NCBI GenBank assembly: GCA_018995085.1 | Contig: GCA_018995085.1_3936.1 | Source of the DNA: a phage | Reading direction: 5' to 3' (one strand) | DNA: 64,000 nucleotides | Part shown: positions 27,103 to 42,290 of the stretch, one piece after another | Position numbering within the stretch: the stretch's first letter is position 1 | Layout of the letters: each line of letters begins with the position of its first letter | Notes under the pieces: generated by a model | Database searches by the model: none | What the model was told of the DNA's origin: nothing | What the model saw: the letters and a program-made list of their open reading frames with translations, nothing else | Translations under genes and position numbers: made by a program

Positions 27103-27480
27103 ATGGCATATCAAGGTTTTACTAAGTTAGGTAACAGAGAACCTCTGAATGATATCATTCTTTGGGAACAGGTTACACCAACAGGCCACTCTCGTAAAGA
27201 GTATACCCCACAGGCATCTACAGAGTATCGTGTAGGTGAAGTTCTGAAAGCAGATGGTACTAAGGTACAAGCTGGAGAAGAATCTCAAGCAGACTCTGTA
27301 TGTATCGTTAATTTCTACGCAGACCTGCAACTGTCTTACCACGGTCAGTTGAAAGTTGTTGGTATTTACCGCGACGCAGAGCTAAAAGACATGCTTACTC
27401 TTGAATCAAGCGTTGACGCTGATGCAGTCAAGACAGCTCTGGCTGCTAAAGGTATTGATTTCGTACCAACTGGCCTGTGA
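27103..27480 (+). CDS. putative head decoration or capsid accessory protein
   Basis: 125 aa between protease and capsid gene (lambda D-like position); positional only. Confidence 0.35.
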   Translation: MAYQGFTKLGNREPLNDIILWEQVTPTGHSRKEYTPQASTEYRVGEVLKADGTKVQAGEESQADSVCIVNFYADLQLSYHGQLKVVGIYRDAELKDMLTLESSVDADAVKTALAAKGIDFVPTGL

Positions 27481-27513
27481 TAACAATAATAAGACATTCT
27501 GGAGAATTTTACA

Positions 27514-28620
27514 ATGTTGACTAATTCTGAAAAAAGCAGATTTTTCCTTGCTGACCTGACTGGTGAAGTCCAGTCTATCCCAAATACTTATGGGTATATT
27601 TCCAACTTAGGTCTGTTCCGTTCAGCACCAATCACCCAGACGACTTTCCTTATGGACTTGACTGATTGGGATGTTAGCTTGCTTGATGCGGTAGACCGTG
27701 ATAGCCGTAAAGCAGAGACTAGCGCACCTGAGCGTGTTCGTCAAATCAGCTTCCCAATGATGTACTTCAAAGAAGTTGAAAGCATTACTCCTGATGAAAT
27801 TCAGGGTGTACGTCAGCCAGGCACTGCAAACGAACTGACTACTGAAGCTGTAGTACGTGCTAAGAAGCTGATGAAGATTCGTACCAAGTTCGATATTACT
27901 CGTGAGTTCCTGTTTATGCAAGCTCTGAAGGGTAAAGTTGTTGATGCTCGTGGTACTCTGTATGCTGACCTGTACAAGCAGTTCGACGTTGAGAAGAAGA
28001 CTGTTTACTTCGACCTTGACAACCCTAATGCTGACATCGACGCTTCTATTGAAGAACTGCGTATGCACATGGAAGACGAAGCTAAGACTGGCACTGTAAT
28101 CAACGGTGAAGAAATTCACGTAGTTGTTGACCGTGTATTCTTCAGCAAACTGGTTAAGCATCCTAAGATTCGTGACGCTTATCTTGCACAGCAGACTCCA
28201 CTGGCTTGGCAACAGATTACTGGTTCTCTGAGAACTGGTGGTACTGACGGAGTTCAGGCTCACATGAACACCTTCTACTACGGTGGTGTTAAGTTTGTCC
28301 AGTACAACGGTAAGTTCAAAGACAAGCGTGGTAAGGTTCACACTCTGGTGAGCATTGATAGTGTAGCAGCAACTGTTGGTGTTGGTCATGCCTTCCCTAA
28401 CGTATCTATGCTTGGTGAAGCTAACAACATCTTCGAAGTTGCATATGGTCCATGTCCTAAGATGGGTTATGCAAATACACTTGGTCAGGAACTGTACGTA
28501 TTCGAATACGAAAAAGACCGTGACGAAGGTATTGACTTCGAAGCTCACTCTTACATGCTGCCATACTGCACACGTCCTCAGTTGCTGGTAGACGTTCGTT
28601 CTGACGCTAAACCAGACTAA
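27514..28620 (+). CDS. major capsid protein
   Basis: 368 aa, position after protease/scaffold; lambda E-like gene order; SD GGAGA upstream. Confidence 0.65.
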   Translation: MLTNSEKSRFFLADLTGEVQSIPNTYGYISNLGLFRSAPITQTTFLMDLTDWDVSLLDAVDRDSRKAETSAPERVRQISFPMMYFKEVESITPDEIQGVRQPGTANELTTEAVVRAKKLMKIRTKFDITREFLFMQALKGKVVDARGTLYADLYKQFDVEKKTVYFDLDNPNADIDASIEELRMHMEDEAKTGTVINGEEIHVVVDRVFFSKLVKHPKIRDAYLAQQTPLAWQQITGSLRTGGTDGVQAHMNTFYYGGVKFVQYNGKFKDKRGKVHTLVSIDSVAATVGVGHAFPNVSMLGEANNIFEVAYGPCPKMGYANTLGQELYVFEYEKDRDEGIDFEAHSYMLPYCTRPQLLVDVRSDAKPD

Positions 28621-28641
28621 TATTCTTAAGGAGGGTTATGA

Positions 28642-29091
28642 ATGTGTTATACAGGCGACCCAGCCAATAACCCTCTTGATAGAGTAAGAATCCTCTGCAC
28701 AGACACCAATAATGATGAAATTCTTATTGAGCAGTCTGTGCTAGAGTGGTTCTATCTAGAATCTGGAAAGGATGAAAAGAAAGCAGCCATCAAAGCTCTT
28801 AAATATTTACTCTTTCAAGTAGCCAAGATGGGAGATGAGAAGGTTGGTGGTGTTTATTTACGTAACTCTTCCAGATTCAAATCTCTGAAAGCTGTTTATG
28901 ACGACCTTGTTAAAAGCTCTGTTTCAGGACTACCCTATGCAGGTGGTATTAATCAGTGCGACATTGATATGCGTCGTCAGAATCCTTGCTCTGTCAAGAA
29001 ATACACAGAATATGGTGATGCTGCCAGATACGAAGGCAGAGATTACTGCAACCGTGTTAATGGCGTATTTATTATCGAGCGAGATGAATAA
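28642..29091 (+). CDS. head-tail joining protein candidate
   Basis: positional. Confidence 0.4.
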   Translation: MCYTGDPANNPLDRVRILCTDTNNDEILIEQSVLEWFYLESGKDEKKAAIKALKYLLFQVAKMGDEKVGGVYLRNSSRFKSLKAVYDDLVKSSVSGLPYAGGINQCDIDMRRQNPCSVKKYTEYGDAARYEGRDYCNRVNGVFIIERDE

Positions 29092-29573
29092 TGGTTAAAA
29101 GGGTTATTCACCCCGCTAGAGCAAAATTAGTCGGGGCTATGAAGAACTTGCAAACGGCTAATGCTCAAGTTGGGTATTTTCAAGAACAAGGTCAACATAG
29201 CTCTGGTTTTTCTTATCCTGCTTTAATGTATTTACAAGAAGTTATTGGGGTTCCTTCAGCTTCTGGTAAAGTATATCGTAGGTTGTTTGAAATCACTATG
29301 ATGCTAAACAAACAGACCTTGTTAGAGCAGACTAAGAAGAATCTATATAAGCAACTTAGCAGTCTCAACACAGACCCTTCAAATACCTTAGAAGCATTTG
29401 CAAAGAATGCTCAAAAGGCAATTAAAAGAGGTTTTGGTAATTCTGCTATCCTCCCTCCTAACGCACCTTCCACAGTCAAGAAAAAAGGCTTTAATGCACC
29501 TCTTGTTGAGACAGGTGACTTAAGAGATAACCTTGCTTATAAAATTTCTACTAAGAAGGGTATTAAGAAATGA
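29091..29573 (+). CDS. head-tail joining protein candidate
   Basis: positional. Confidence 0.4.
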   Translation: MVKRVIHPARAKLVGAMKNLQTANAQVGYFQEQGQHSSGFSYPALMYLQEVIGVPSASGKVYRRLFEITMMLNKQTLLEQTKKNLYKQLSSLNTDPSNTLEAFAKNAQKAIKRGFGNSAILPPNAPSTVKKKGFNAPLVETGDLRDNLAYKISTKKGIKK

Positions 29574-29971
29574 GACTCTTAAACAGACACAGCTTTGTAG
29601 TAAAGCGTAAAGTCTCTGAAGACGGTTATTACAATGATGATGGTGATTGGGTAGCTTCACAAGATATTGTAGAGGTTAACTGTAAAGGTAATATCCAGCC
29701 ATATATCAAAGGTTCTGTAAAGAATGGTACACAGATTGCTTTACCGGAAGGTATCAGGCTTACCGATACAAGAATCCTGTATACTACATATAAACTTAGA
29801 ACTTCAGATGATGTAGAGTGGAATGAGTCTGACATTGTTATGATTGATGGTCATGAGTATGAAGTATTTATGACTATGGATTGGTCACAGCAATTAGCCC
29901 ATACGTCCCATTATGAATATATCATTATTAGAAGGGATAAAATGAATGCAGTTAGAAACAGCAGAACTTGA
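29570..29971 (+). CDS. tail completion protein candidate
   Basis: positional. Confidence 0.4.
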   Translation: MRLLNRHSFVVKRKVSEDGYYNDDGDWVASQDIVEVNCKGNIQPYIKGSVKNGTQIALPEGIRLTDTRILYTTYKLRTSDDVEWNESDIVMIDGHEYEVFMTMDWSQQLAHTSHYEYIIIRRDKMNAVRNSRT

Positions 29972-30545
29972 AAAAGGTCTAGTTAGAACCTTAGTGGATG
30001 TTATTGGTCACAGACTAGCTCGTGATAAAAATAATAGACCAAACGTAATTAGAGCTTACCCTTCTGATAACTCAAATGACAAAGGTTTAAAACCTGACCA
30101 GCCATCTATTACCGTATATTGTCAAGATGCTGCAACACCTTATGGTTGGGTTCTTGATAAGTTTGTTGAGGATGATGTAGTTTGCTACAGAATTGCTTTT
30201 CAGATTCCTGTACTAATTACGGTGAATGGTAAAGGTGCTCACAGCATCATGCTTGAGCTTAAACAACGATTAGAGATGAGTTCAGTCAGAGATTTAATTC
30301 TTGAAGAGACAGGAGCTACAGTTCTAGACACTGGAGCTATCCCAAATGACTACACTTATCTTAATACAGATTTCGAAAATTCTGCACCTCTTGTTGTAAC
30401 TCTTGTAAAAAATTCAGTCCTGAAAGATGAACGTGGAGGTATTATTGAGCGTGTCATTGTTGATGGTGAATTAGTTTACGAAGAAGGACAAGAGCCACCA
30501 GAATATACTATCCATCTAGATGTAGACTCCAAAGGGGTAAAATAA
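29946..30545 (+). CDS. tail completion protein candidate
   Basis: positional. Confidence 0.4.
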   Translation: MQLETAELEKGLVRTLVDVIGHRLARDKNNRPNVIRAYPSDNSNDKGLKPDQPSITVYCQDAATPYGWVLDKFVEDDVVCYRIAFQIPVLITVNGKGAHSIMLELKQRLEMSSVRDLILEETGATVLDTGAIPNDYTYLNTDFENSAPLVVTLVKNSVLKDERGGIIERVIVDGELVYEEGQEPPEYTIHLDVDSKGVK

Positions 30546-31898
30546 ATGTGGAATCCAATTGTTAATGTAGATATTACATTGAACACCGCAGGAACTACAA
30601 GAGAAGGTTTTGGGCTGCCACTATTTTTAGCTTCAACAGATAACTTTGAAGAAAGAGTCCGTGGTTACACTTCCTTAACTGAAGTTGCTGAAGATTTCGA
30701 TGAGAACTCTGCTGCATATAAAGCTGCTAAACAACTTTGGAGTCAGACTCCTAAAGTAACTCAGCTTTATATTGGTAGACGTGCTATGCAGTACACTGTA
30801 TCAATTCCTGATGAAGTTTCTGAAAGCACAGATTATTCTCTAACTGTAGCTGTTAGTGGTGGAGTTTCTCAGCCATTCCAGTACACTGCACAGTCAGAAG
30901 ATACTGCTGAGAAAGTACTACAGCAGTTTAAAACACAGATTGAAGCAGAGCCTTCTGTTAAAGACCTTGTTACAGTTAATGTAACTGGTTCTGGCGGTTC
31001 AGCAACAATGGTAATTACCAAAGCTGGTGATAATGACTTCGTGAAGGTGACTTCTACAGCACAAACAGTATCAATTGCAAGTACTACTGCTGACACAGCA
31101 TCGACTGCTCTGGCAGCTATTGAAGCTTATTCAACTGACTGGTATTTCATTGCAGCAGAAGACAGAACTCAACAGTTTGTCTTAGCAATGGCTTCTGAGA
31201 TTCAAGCTCGCAAGAAGATTTTCTTTACAGCTAACTCCGATGTAACAGCCCTACAAGGCACAGAATTAGCTAGTGCAAACGATGTTCCAGCACAGCTTGC
31301 TAAGAGTCAGTACACTCGTACCGTTTGCTTGTGGCATCACACAGCAGCAGAAGACTATCCAGAAATGGCATACATCGCTTATGGTGCTCCGTATGATGCA
31401 GGTTCAATTGCTTGGGGTAATGCACAGTTAACTGGTGTAGCTGCTTCTCTACAGCCATCTAATCAGAGACCTCTGACAAGTATTCAGAAGTCAGCTTTAG
31501 ATGCACGTCACTGTAACTTTATTGACCTTGATGGTGGTGTTCCAGTGGTTCGTAGAGGGATTACTTCTGGTGGGGAATGGATTGATATCATCCGTGGTGT
31601 TGACTGGTTAGAATCAGACCTGAAAACTTCTCTGAGAGACTTGCTAATTAACCAGAAGGGTGGTAAGATTACTTATGATGATACTGGTATTACCCGTATT
31701 CGTCAAGTCATTGAAACCTCTCTGCAAAGAGCAGTCAACAGAAACTTCCTGTCATCTTACACAGTTAATGTTCCTAAAGCCTCTCAAGTTGCTTTGGCAG
31801 ACAAGAAAGCTCGTATCCTGAAAGACGTTACCTTCTCAGGTATCTTAGCAGGGGCTATCTTGGATGTTGACTTGAAAGGTACAGTGGCTTACGAATAA
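30546..31898 (+). CDS. putative tail sheath protein
   Basis: 450 aa followed by 148-aa tube-sized gene, chaperones and tape measure (contractile-tail gene order). Confidence 0.5.
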   Translation: MWNPIVNVDITLNTAGTTREGFGLPLFLASTDNFEERVRGYTSLTEVAEDFDENSAAYKAAKQLWSQTPKVTQLYIGRRAMQYTVSIPDEVSESTDYSLTVAVSGGVSQPFQYTAQSEDTAEKVLQQFKTQIEAEPSVKDLVTVNVTGSGGSATMVITKAGDNDFVKVTSTAQTVSIASTTADTASTALAAIEAYSTDWYFIAAEDRTQQFVLAMASEIQARKKIFFTANSDVTALQGTELASANDVPAQLAKSQYTRTVCLWHHTAAEDYPEMAYIAYGAPYDAGSIAWGNAQLTGVAASLQPSNQRPLTSIQKSALDARHCNFIDLDGGVPVVRRGITSGGEWIDIIRGVDWLESDLKTSLRDLLINQKGGKITYDDTGITRIRQVIETSLQRAVNRNFLSSYTVNVPKASQVALADKKARILKDVTFSGILAGAILDVDLKGTVAYE

Positions 31899-31913
31899 TA
31901 GAGGTAAATTGGA

Positions 31914-32360
31914 ATGGCTATGTATCAGCAATATTCCCCTAAAGACGTTGTGTGTAGCTGGAATGGTATTGCCATTGAAGGCTTTGCCCCAGACTCATTC
32001 TTACGTCTACAGAGAACATCACCACTTGTGACACCAGTTGTAGGTGCAGGTGGTCAAGTTGCTCTGACAAGAAATGCAGACAAGACAGGTACTATTGAGA
32101 TTGAGCTAATGCAGACTTCTCTCTCTAACCAGATGCTTTCTGCAATTCAAGCTAAACAAGACAATATGGAACTTGAAGAAGATATCTCTTCTAACTTCGT
32201 AATCTACGACCCATCAGGCTCTGTTCTGGCAACTGGTATTAATGCTTGGTTGCAGGAATTACCGCAGATTGAACTTGGTCGTGACCAGAACTCTAAAACT
32301 TGGATTTTTGGTTGTGAGAAGCTAGACTACACTTCTACAATTCCAGCGTCAAGTGTTTAA
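31914..32360 (+). CDS. putative tail tube protein
   Basis: size and position. Confidence 0.5.
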   Translation: MAMYQQYSPKDVVCSWNGIAIEGFAPDSFLRLQRTSPLVTPVVGAGGQVALTRNADKTGTIEIELMQTSLSNQMLSAIQAKQDNMELEEDISSNFVIYDPSGSVLATGINAWLQELPQIELGRDQNSKTWIFGCEKLDYTSTIPASSV

Positions 32361-32372
32361 TAAATCCTATAA

Positions 32373-32406
32373 GGGGGAGACTTTAAAAGGTCTTCCCCTT
32401 TTTTGT
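32373..32406 (+). terminator. Rho-independent terminator (GGGGAGACC stem, 9 bp, + TTTTTTTG)
   Basis: strong hairpin plus T-run immediately after the putative tube gene. Confidence 0.7.
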
Positions 32407-32433
32407 TTCTTTTAAAAGTATTAAGGAATCACA

Positions 32434-32832
32434 ATGAAAACAGAATCTAGAGTAATTAATGGTAAGAAAGTAAATATCGTTCTGCTTGGGGCAAGAGATG
32501 GTATTAAGATGTCTATGAAGTTGGGTAAAATTGTTGTTCCAACATTTGCACAGATGCTGTCAAGCCTGACTGATAAAGATAAGAAAGAAGCTCCAATGGT
32601 TCCATTTAAAGAACTTGTTGAAGCTTGTTTTGACAGAATTGAAGAAATCAACCTTGAAGAAATGGCTACCCTGTTATTTCAAGGGGCAACTGTCGATGAC
32701 TTCCCACTTAATATTGATACGTACTTCCAAGCAAACTACGGTGAGTTTATTGATTACTTAGCATTTGCGCTGGAGGCAAACTTCGGAAGTTTTTTCGAAG
32801 CAAGCATTTTCAAAAGCCTAACTTCTCAGTAA
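32434..32832 (+). CDS. tail assembly chaperone
   Basis: position before tape measure; slippery TTTTTTC near 3' end. Confidence 0.6.
   Translation: MKTESRVINGKKVNIVLLGARDGIKMSMKLGKIVVPTFAQMLSSLTDKDKKEAPMVPFKELVEACFDRIEEINLEEMATLLFQGATVDDFPLNIDTYFQANYGEFIDYLAFALEANFGSFFEASIFKSLTSQ
32790..32796 (+). promoter_or_regulatory. -1 programmed frameshift slippery site T_TTT_TTC
   Basis: canonical XXXYYYZ heptamer in chaperone frame; the -1 frame is open from here into the 32835..33074 ORF. Confidence 0.55.
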
Positions 32833-32834
32833 AC

Positions 32835-33073
32835 ATGGGTAACACTCTACAGACACCACTAACTGATGCTGCTGTAGAGGCAACCTATGAAGAAGCAGAC
32901 GAGATGAAATTTGTGCTTGCTATTTATGGTATGGAAGGGTGTAAAGAAACACTTGACCAACTCTTTGCTATGACATTCTCTGATTTATTATCATTGAGAC
33001 AATTTCTTGAGATTCAGAGGTCGTATAAAGAGGAAATTGCTTACAACGAACTTAGAAGAGCAGGAAAAATGTA

Positions 33074-33074
<1 letters not shown>
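32835..33074 (+). CDS. tail assembly chaperone frameshift extension
   Basis: ORF in -1 frame relative to 32434..32832, directly upstream of tape measure. Confidence 0.5.
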
Positions 33075-38437
<5,363 letters not shown>

Positions 38438-38438
<1 letters not shown>

Positions 38439-39907
38439 TGGCAGGATTAACTACAACAGGATTACAAACTCTAAGATATCAGGAAATTTTTGATAATATC
38501 AAATCAAGACTTCTTAGAGATATTTCACCAAACCTTGACGTTTCTGAAGATAGCCAATTAGGTCTCTTCCTAGCTTCAATTGCAAGGTCTTTAGCAGATA
38601 CACATGAGATTCTATCAGAAATCTATGACGGCGGGACAATTGACAAGGCTGAAGGATTTAACCTTGATGATATTACAGCTTTGAATGCTGTATACAGATA
38701 TGTTGCTCAGGCAACAAGGGGTCAGGTTGAGTTCACTGGAACAACTGGTGCTACCATCTCTTCAACAACAAGATTGAGAAGTACTGCTGGAAATATCTTT
38801 TATCCAGTTAACAATATTACCCTCACCCCATCATATTGTGTTGAAGCTGTTCTTGAAGTTAACTCTTTACGAACTGATGCAGATTATGTTATTATTATTG
38901 ATAACGTTATTTTCTCATATAAACCAACCTCATCAGACACAATCACCACACTACTAACTAAATTAGCAGAGGTTATTAATGGTGGTATTGTAGCAAAAGC
39001 AGAAGTTATCAATGATGGAGCCTCATTAAGAATCTATAAAGACGAGGGTGATATCATTGCAAGAACAAACCCTATGGTTGTTACTGCGACAACGTTTCTG
39101 ACCTTTACAAAGATTACAACTATCTCAGATGTAGTGGCTGAAGAGGTTGGTGCTATTCCTGCTTTAGCTGGGACTCTTATTGAGATTGAGACAACTGTTG
39201 ATGGTCTTGACAGCATCTATAACAGGTATGACTTAACAACTGGTAGAAACGAAGAAACTGACACAGAACTTAGACAGAGATATTTAGAATCCTTAGCAGT
39301 TACTGGTGTAGGGACTTTGGATGCAATTGTAGCTGCTGTTAAAAGGGTTCAAGGTGTCTCAGATGCTTCAGGTGTTGAAAATGATACTGAAGAGACGAAC
39401 TCAGAAGGTCTTCCACCAAAATCTTTTAAGATTGTCGTAGTCGGTGGTCAAAATGATAATGTTGCTCAAGCAATCTGGGATACAAAACCTGCTGGTATTA
39501 GAGCTTACGGCTCAATTTTTGGTACAGCCCATGATTTAGGTGGTTTAGCACATAATATTTATTTTAGCAGACCAACACCAAAATACGCATTTGTTAAAGT
39601 CTCTTACTCTTTATATGACGAAGAGAGCTTGACAATCCCTGAAGAGGATATCAGAGACAGTATTGTACAAGGTATTAATGCCTACGGAAGAACTCTTAAG
39701 GTTGGTAATGACGTTATCCCTAACAGAATCTACGGATATATCTATGATGTAATTAAAGGTATTGAGATTAATGAGGTGAAAGTAGCATTATCAAACAGCC
39801 AATCAGTTCCACCTAGTGACGGACAATATACTACAGCAAGAATTACTGTTGACGGTGACCAATATACTGTTTGGGAAAGTAGCCAGTATACCATCACTAA
39901 GGAGTAA
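38438..39907 (+). CDS. baseplate J-like protein
   Basis: 489 aa after gp25-like gene (conserved W-J order). Confidence 0.5.
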
Positions 39908-39909
39908 TA

Positions 39910-40764
39910 ATGTTTGAAAAGATTGATAGTGTTTATTATAAAACACTTGATGAAAGGACTGTAACACAGTTTAAAGATAAATTTATCTATACAAGTATCT
40001 TGAAAGCAATCACTGATGAGCTACAAACATTAGAGGATGTTTGCTGGCAGATGCACACAGAGAGAAATATCAGGACGTCAGTAGGCCAACAACTTGATAA
40101 TATTGGCTCACTGATTAAAGTTCCTAGACCTTTAGGTGCAGATGATGAAACATATAGAGCTATGCTTTATATCCAAATCTTCCTAAGACGCTCTGACACC
40201 ACCCCAACATTCTTGCAAAAAGCAATTATGACACTATATGGTGCAACTTTCTCTCAGATTTTTGAGCATATTACTCCTAAGACTGGTGGTATCGTTATCC
40301 GTATCAACACTAGAAAAAGCGTTCTAGATGCTGCATATACGTTGTCAAAGATTTCTGCAACAACTACTGGCTCCGCTGTTATCTTAAGAGATGTTACTTT
40401 AAATGGGACTGCTTGGACACCTGTAGAGGTTGCTGATTCATCACTTGCTATTGTTGATGATAAAGAGAACTGGTTTGTAACTGATGCTAACAGAGGTCTT
40501 GTCACAAATAATACTGGTGGCTCTCTGGAGTCCAACTTAGTAGGTAGTCTTGCAGATGCTGTTGTTATTGATGGTTACTTTAGGGTTGACAGAACAGCAA
40601 ACTCACAGAGTGATGATTATATGACTGTAGATAGGTCCAATAATAGTGGCTATTTCATCGTTGGTAAAGAAGCTATTGCAGGTGGTGCATATGGAATCAT
40701 GGCTGAGGTTGCACAAATTGTCAAAGGCAGAAAAGATAAATCACAACAAGAAGGAAATTCTTAA
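39910..40764 (+). CDS. baseplate or tail fibre attachment protein candidate
   Basis: positional. Confidence 0.4.
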   Translation: MFEKIDSVYYKTLDERTVTQFKDKFIYTSILKAITDELQTLEDVCWQMHTERNIRTSVGQQLDNIGSLIKVPRPLGADDETYRAMLYIQIFLRRSDTTPTFLQKAIMTLYGATFSQIFEHITPKTGGIVIRINTRKSVLDAAYTLSKISATTTGSAVILRDVTLNGTAWTPVEVADSSLAIVDDKENWFVTDANRGLVTNNTGGSLESNLVGSLADAVVIDGYFRVDRTANSQSDDYMTVDRSNNSGYFIVGKEAIAGGAYGIMAEVAQIVKGRKDKSQQEGNS

Positions 40765-41066
40765 TGGCAGTTTTAAATTGGTCTACAAATGAAGTAGATA
40801 CTGATGGTAACCAGTTAAAAGTTTTACCACCACCGGAAGTTCAAGAGACAGGTCTTTTAAAGGGTGAGCCTATGGGTAGACAGTGGTTCAACTATATTAT
40901 CAACTACCTGCTGAATAAAGTAAATGGCACTGTTGGTGAAGTTCGTTCATATGCAACTGAGCAACCAGATTTAGTAGCTAATGGCTGGAACCTCATTAAG
41001 TCTGAGACAGGGACTGCATCAACAAGTACAAGAAACCTTTACACATATGAATATGTAGGAGCTTAA
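40764..41066 (+). CDS. hypothetical tail protein
   Basis: positional. Confidence 0.4.
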   Translation: MAVLNWSTNEVDTDGNQLKVLPPPEVQETGLLKGEPMGRQWFNYIINYLLNKVNGTVGEVRSYATEQPDLVANGWNLIKSETGTASTSTRNLYTYEYVGA

Positions 41067-41068
41067 TA

Positions 41069-42244
41069 ATGGCAGTAGGTGAAATTCAAATTAGTGCCTT
41101 GCCACAAGCGGCCTTACCAATTGATTTGAGTGATATCTTCCATCTTAAGCAAGGTGTTGAGGATAAAAGATGTACGCTTGAACAGTTGTTAGCACCTCAC
41201 GCATCTTTGAGGAATAACCCTCATGGTGTAACGAAATCGCAAGTAGGTCTTGATAATGTTATTAACTCTCTTCAATTAGTTGCAGCTAATAACTTGTCAG
41301 ACATTGTAAATGTTGCTGAGGCAAGAGCAAATCTACAAATTATGTCGTCAGAGGAAGTGAATAACTTAATTCAGCAACATATTGACGACAAAAGCAACCC
41401 ACACAACACAACGAAAGCACAGGTTGGTTTAAGTAATGTTCAGAACTGGACAACATCTAATCTGTACAATGAAGATGCTGATAAGTATGCTACAGCGAGA
41501 GCAGTGAATAATCTATACAAAGCTATCCAAGCATCATATCCAGTGGGTACTATTCATCTATCTGTTAACTCTGCTAACCCATCCACTTACTTGCTTTGTG
41601 GAGGTACTTGGGAGTTAGTTTCTAAAGGTAGGGCACTAGTTGGTTATGATACAGATTCTAGACCTGTTGGTTCAATGTTTGGTTCTCAGACTGTAGCATT
41701 AACAAATAATAATTTACCAGCACATACTCACTCTATCTACCTAACAGGTGGTGGTCATACACACTCTGCAAGTGTATCTATCTCTAGTTTTGATTATGGT
41801 TCAAAAAGTACATCAACTTTTGATTACGGTACAAAAACGACTAATAGTGCTGGTGCTCACACTCACACGTTTAGTGGCACAACAAGTAATGCTGGTAACC
41901 ACAACCATAGAGTCCCTATGAGGGGTAATGATAGGGGTGGCACAAACGCTATTACTGCATCTGCTGATGCTGGTGTTGGTAATGCTATGTATACTGATTT
42001 AGCTGGTGCTCACACCCATAGCTTCTCAGGTACAACTGCATCATCTGGTGCTCATAGCCATACTGTCGCAATTGGTGCTCACAGCCACACTGTTAATATT
42101 GGTTCGCACAGTCATACAGGCACTGTTACTGTTTCTAGCTCTGAGCATACACACTCAGGGACATCTGGTTCTGTTGGTGGTGGTCAAGCTTTCAGTGTTG
42201 AGCAGCCATCTTTTGTAGTGTATGTGTGGCAGAGAACAGCTTAA
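41069..42244 (+). CDS. tail fibre protein with His-x-His repeats
   Basis: AHTHS/HTHS/AHSHTV repeats; C-terminus FSVEQPSFVVYVWQRTA shared with next gene. Confidence 0.65.
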   Translation: MAVGEIQISALPQAALPIDLSDIFHLKQGVEDKRCTLEQLLAPHASLRNNPHGVTKSQVGLDNVINSLQLVAANNLSDIVNVAEARANLQIMSSEEVNNLIQQHIDDKSNPHNTTKAQVGLSNVQNWTTSNLYNEDADKYATARAVNNLYKAIQASYPVGTIHLSVNSANPSTYLLCGGTWELVSKGRALVGYDTDSRPVGSMFGSQTVALTNNNLPAHTHSIYLTGGGHTHSASVSISSFDYGSKSTSTFDYGTKTTNSAGAHTHTFSGTTSNAGNHNHRVPMRGNDRGGTNAITASADAGVGNAMYTDLAGAHTHSFSGTTASSGAHSHTVAIGAHSHTVNIGSHSHTGTVTVSSSEHTHSGTSGSVGGGQAFSVEQPSFVVYVWQRTA

Positions 42245-42290
42245 TTTCTTTACAGGGGCTTTATAGCCCCTTTTAAGAGGAAAATTCATA

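Noticed and set aside
26674-27114. 146-aa minus-strand ORF within the protease/scaffold gene
   Set aside because: Antisense to a motif-supported gene; no independent signals.
27622-28548. 308-aa minus-strand ORF inside the capsid gene
   Set aside because: Entirely antisense to a well-supported structural gene in a co-directional operon; long antisense ORFs arise easily here. No SD or promoter context.
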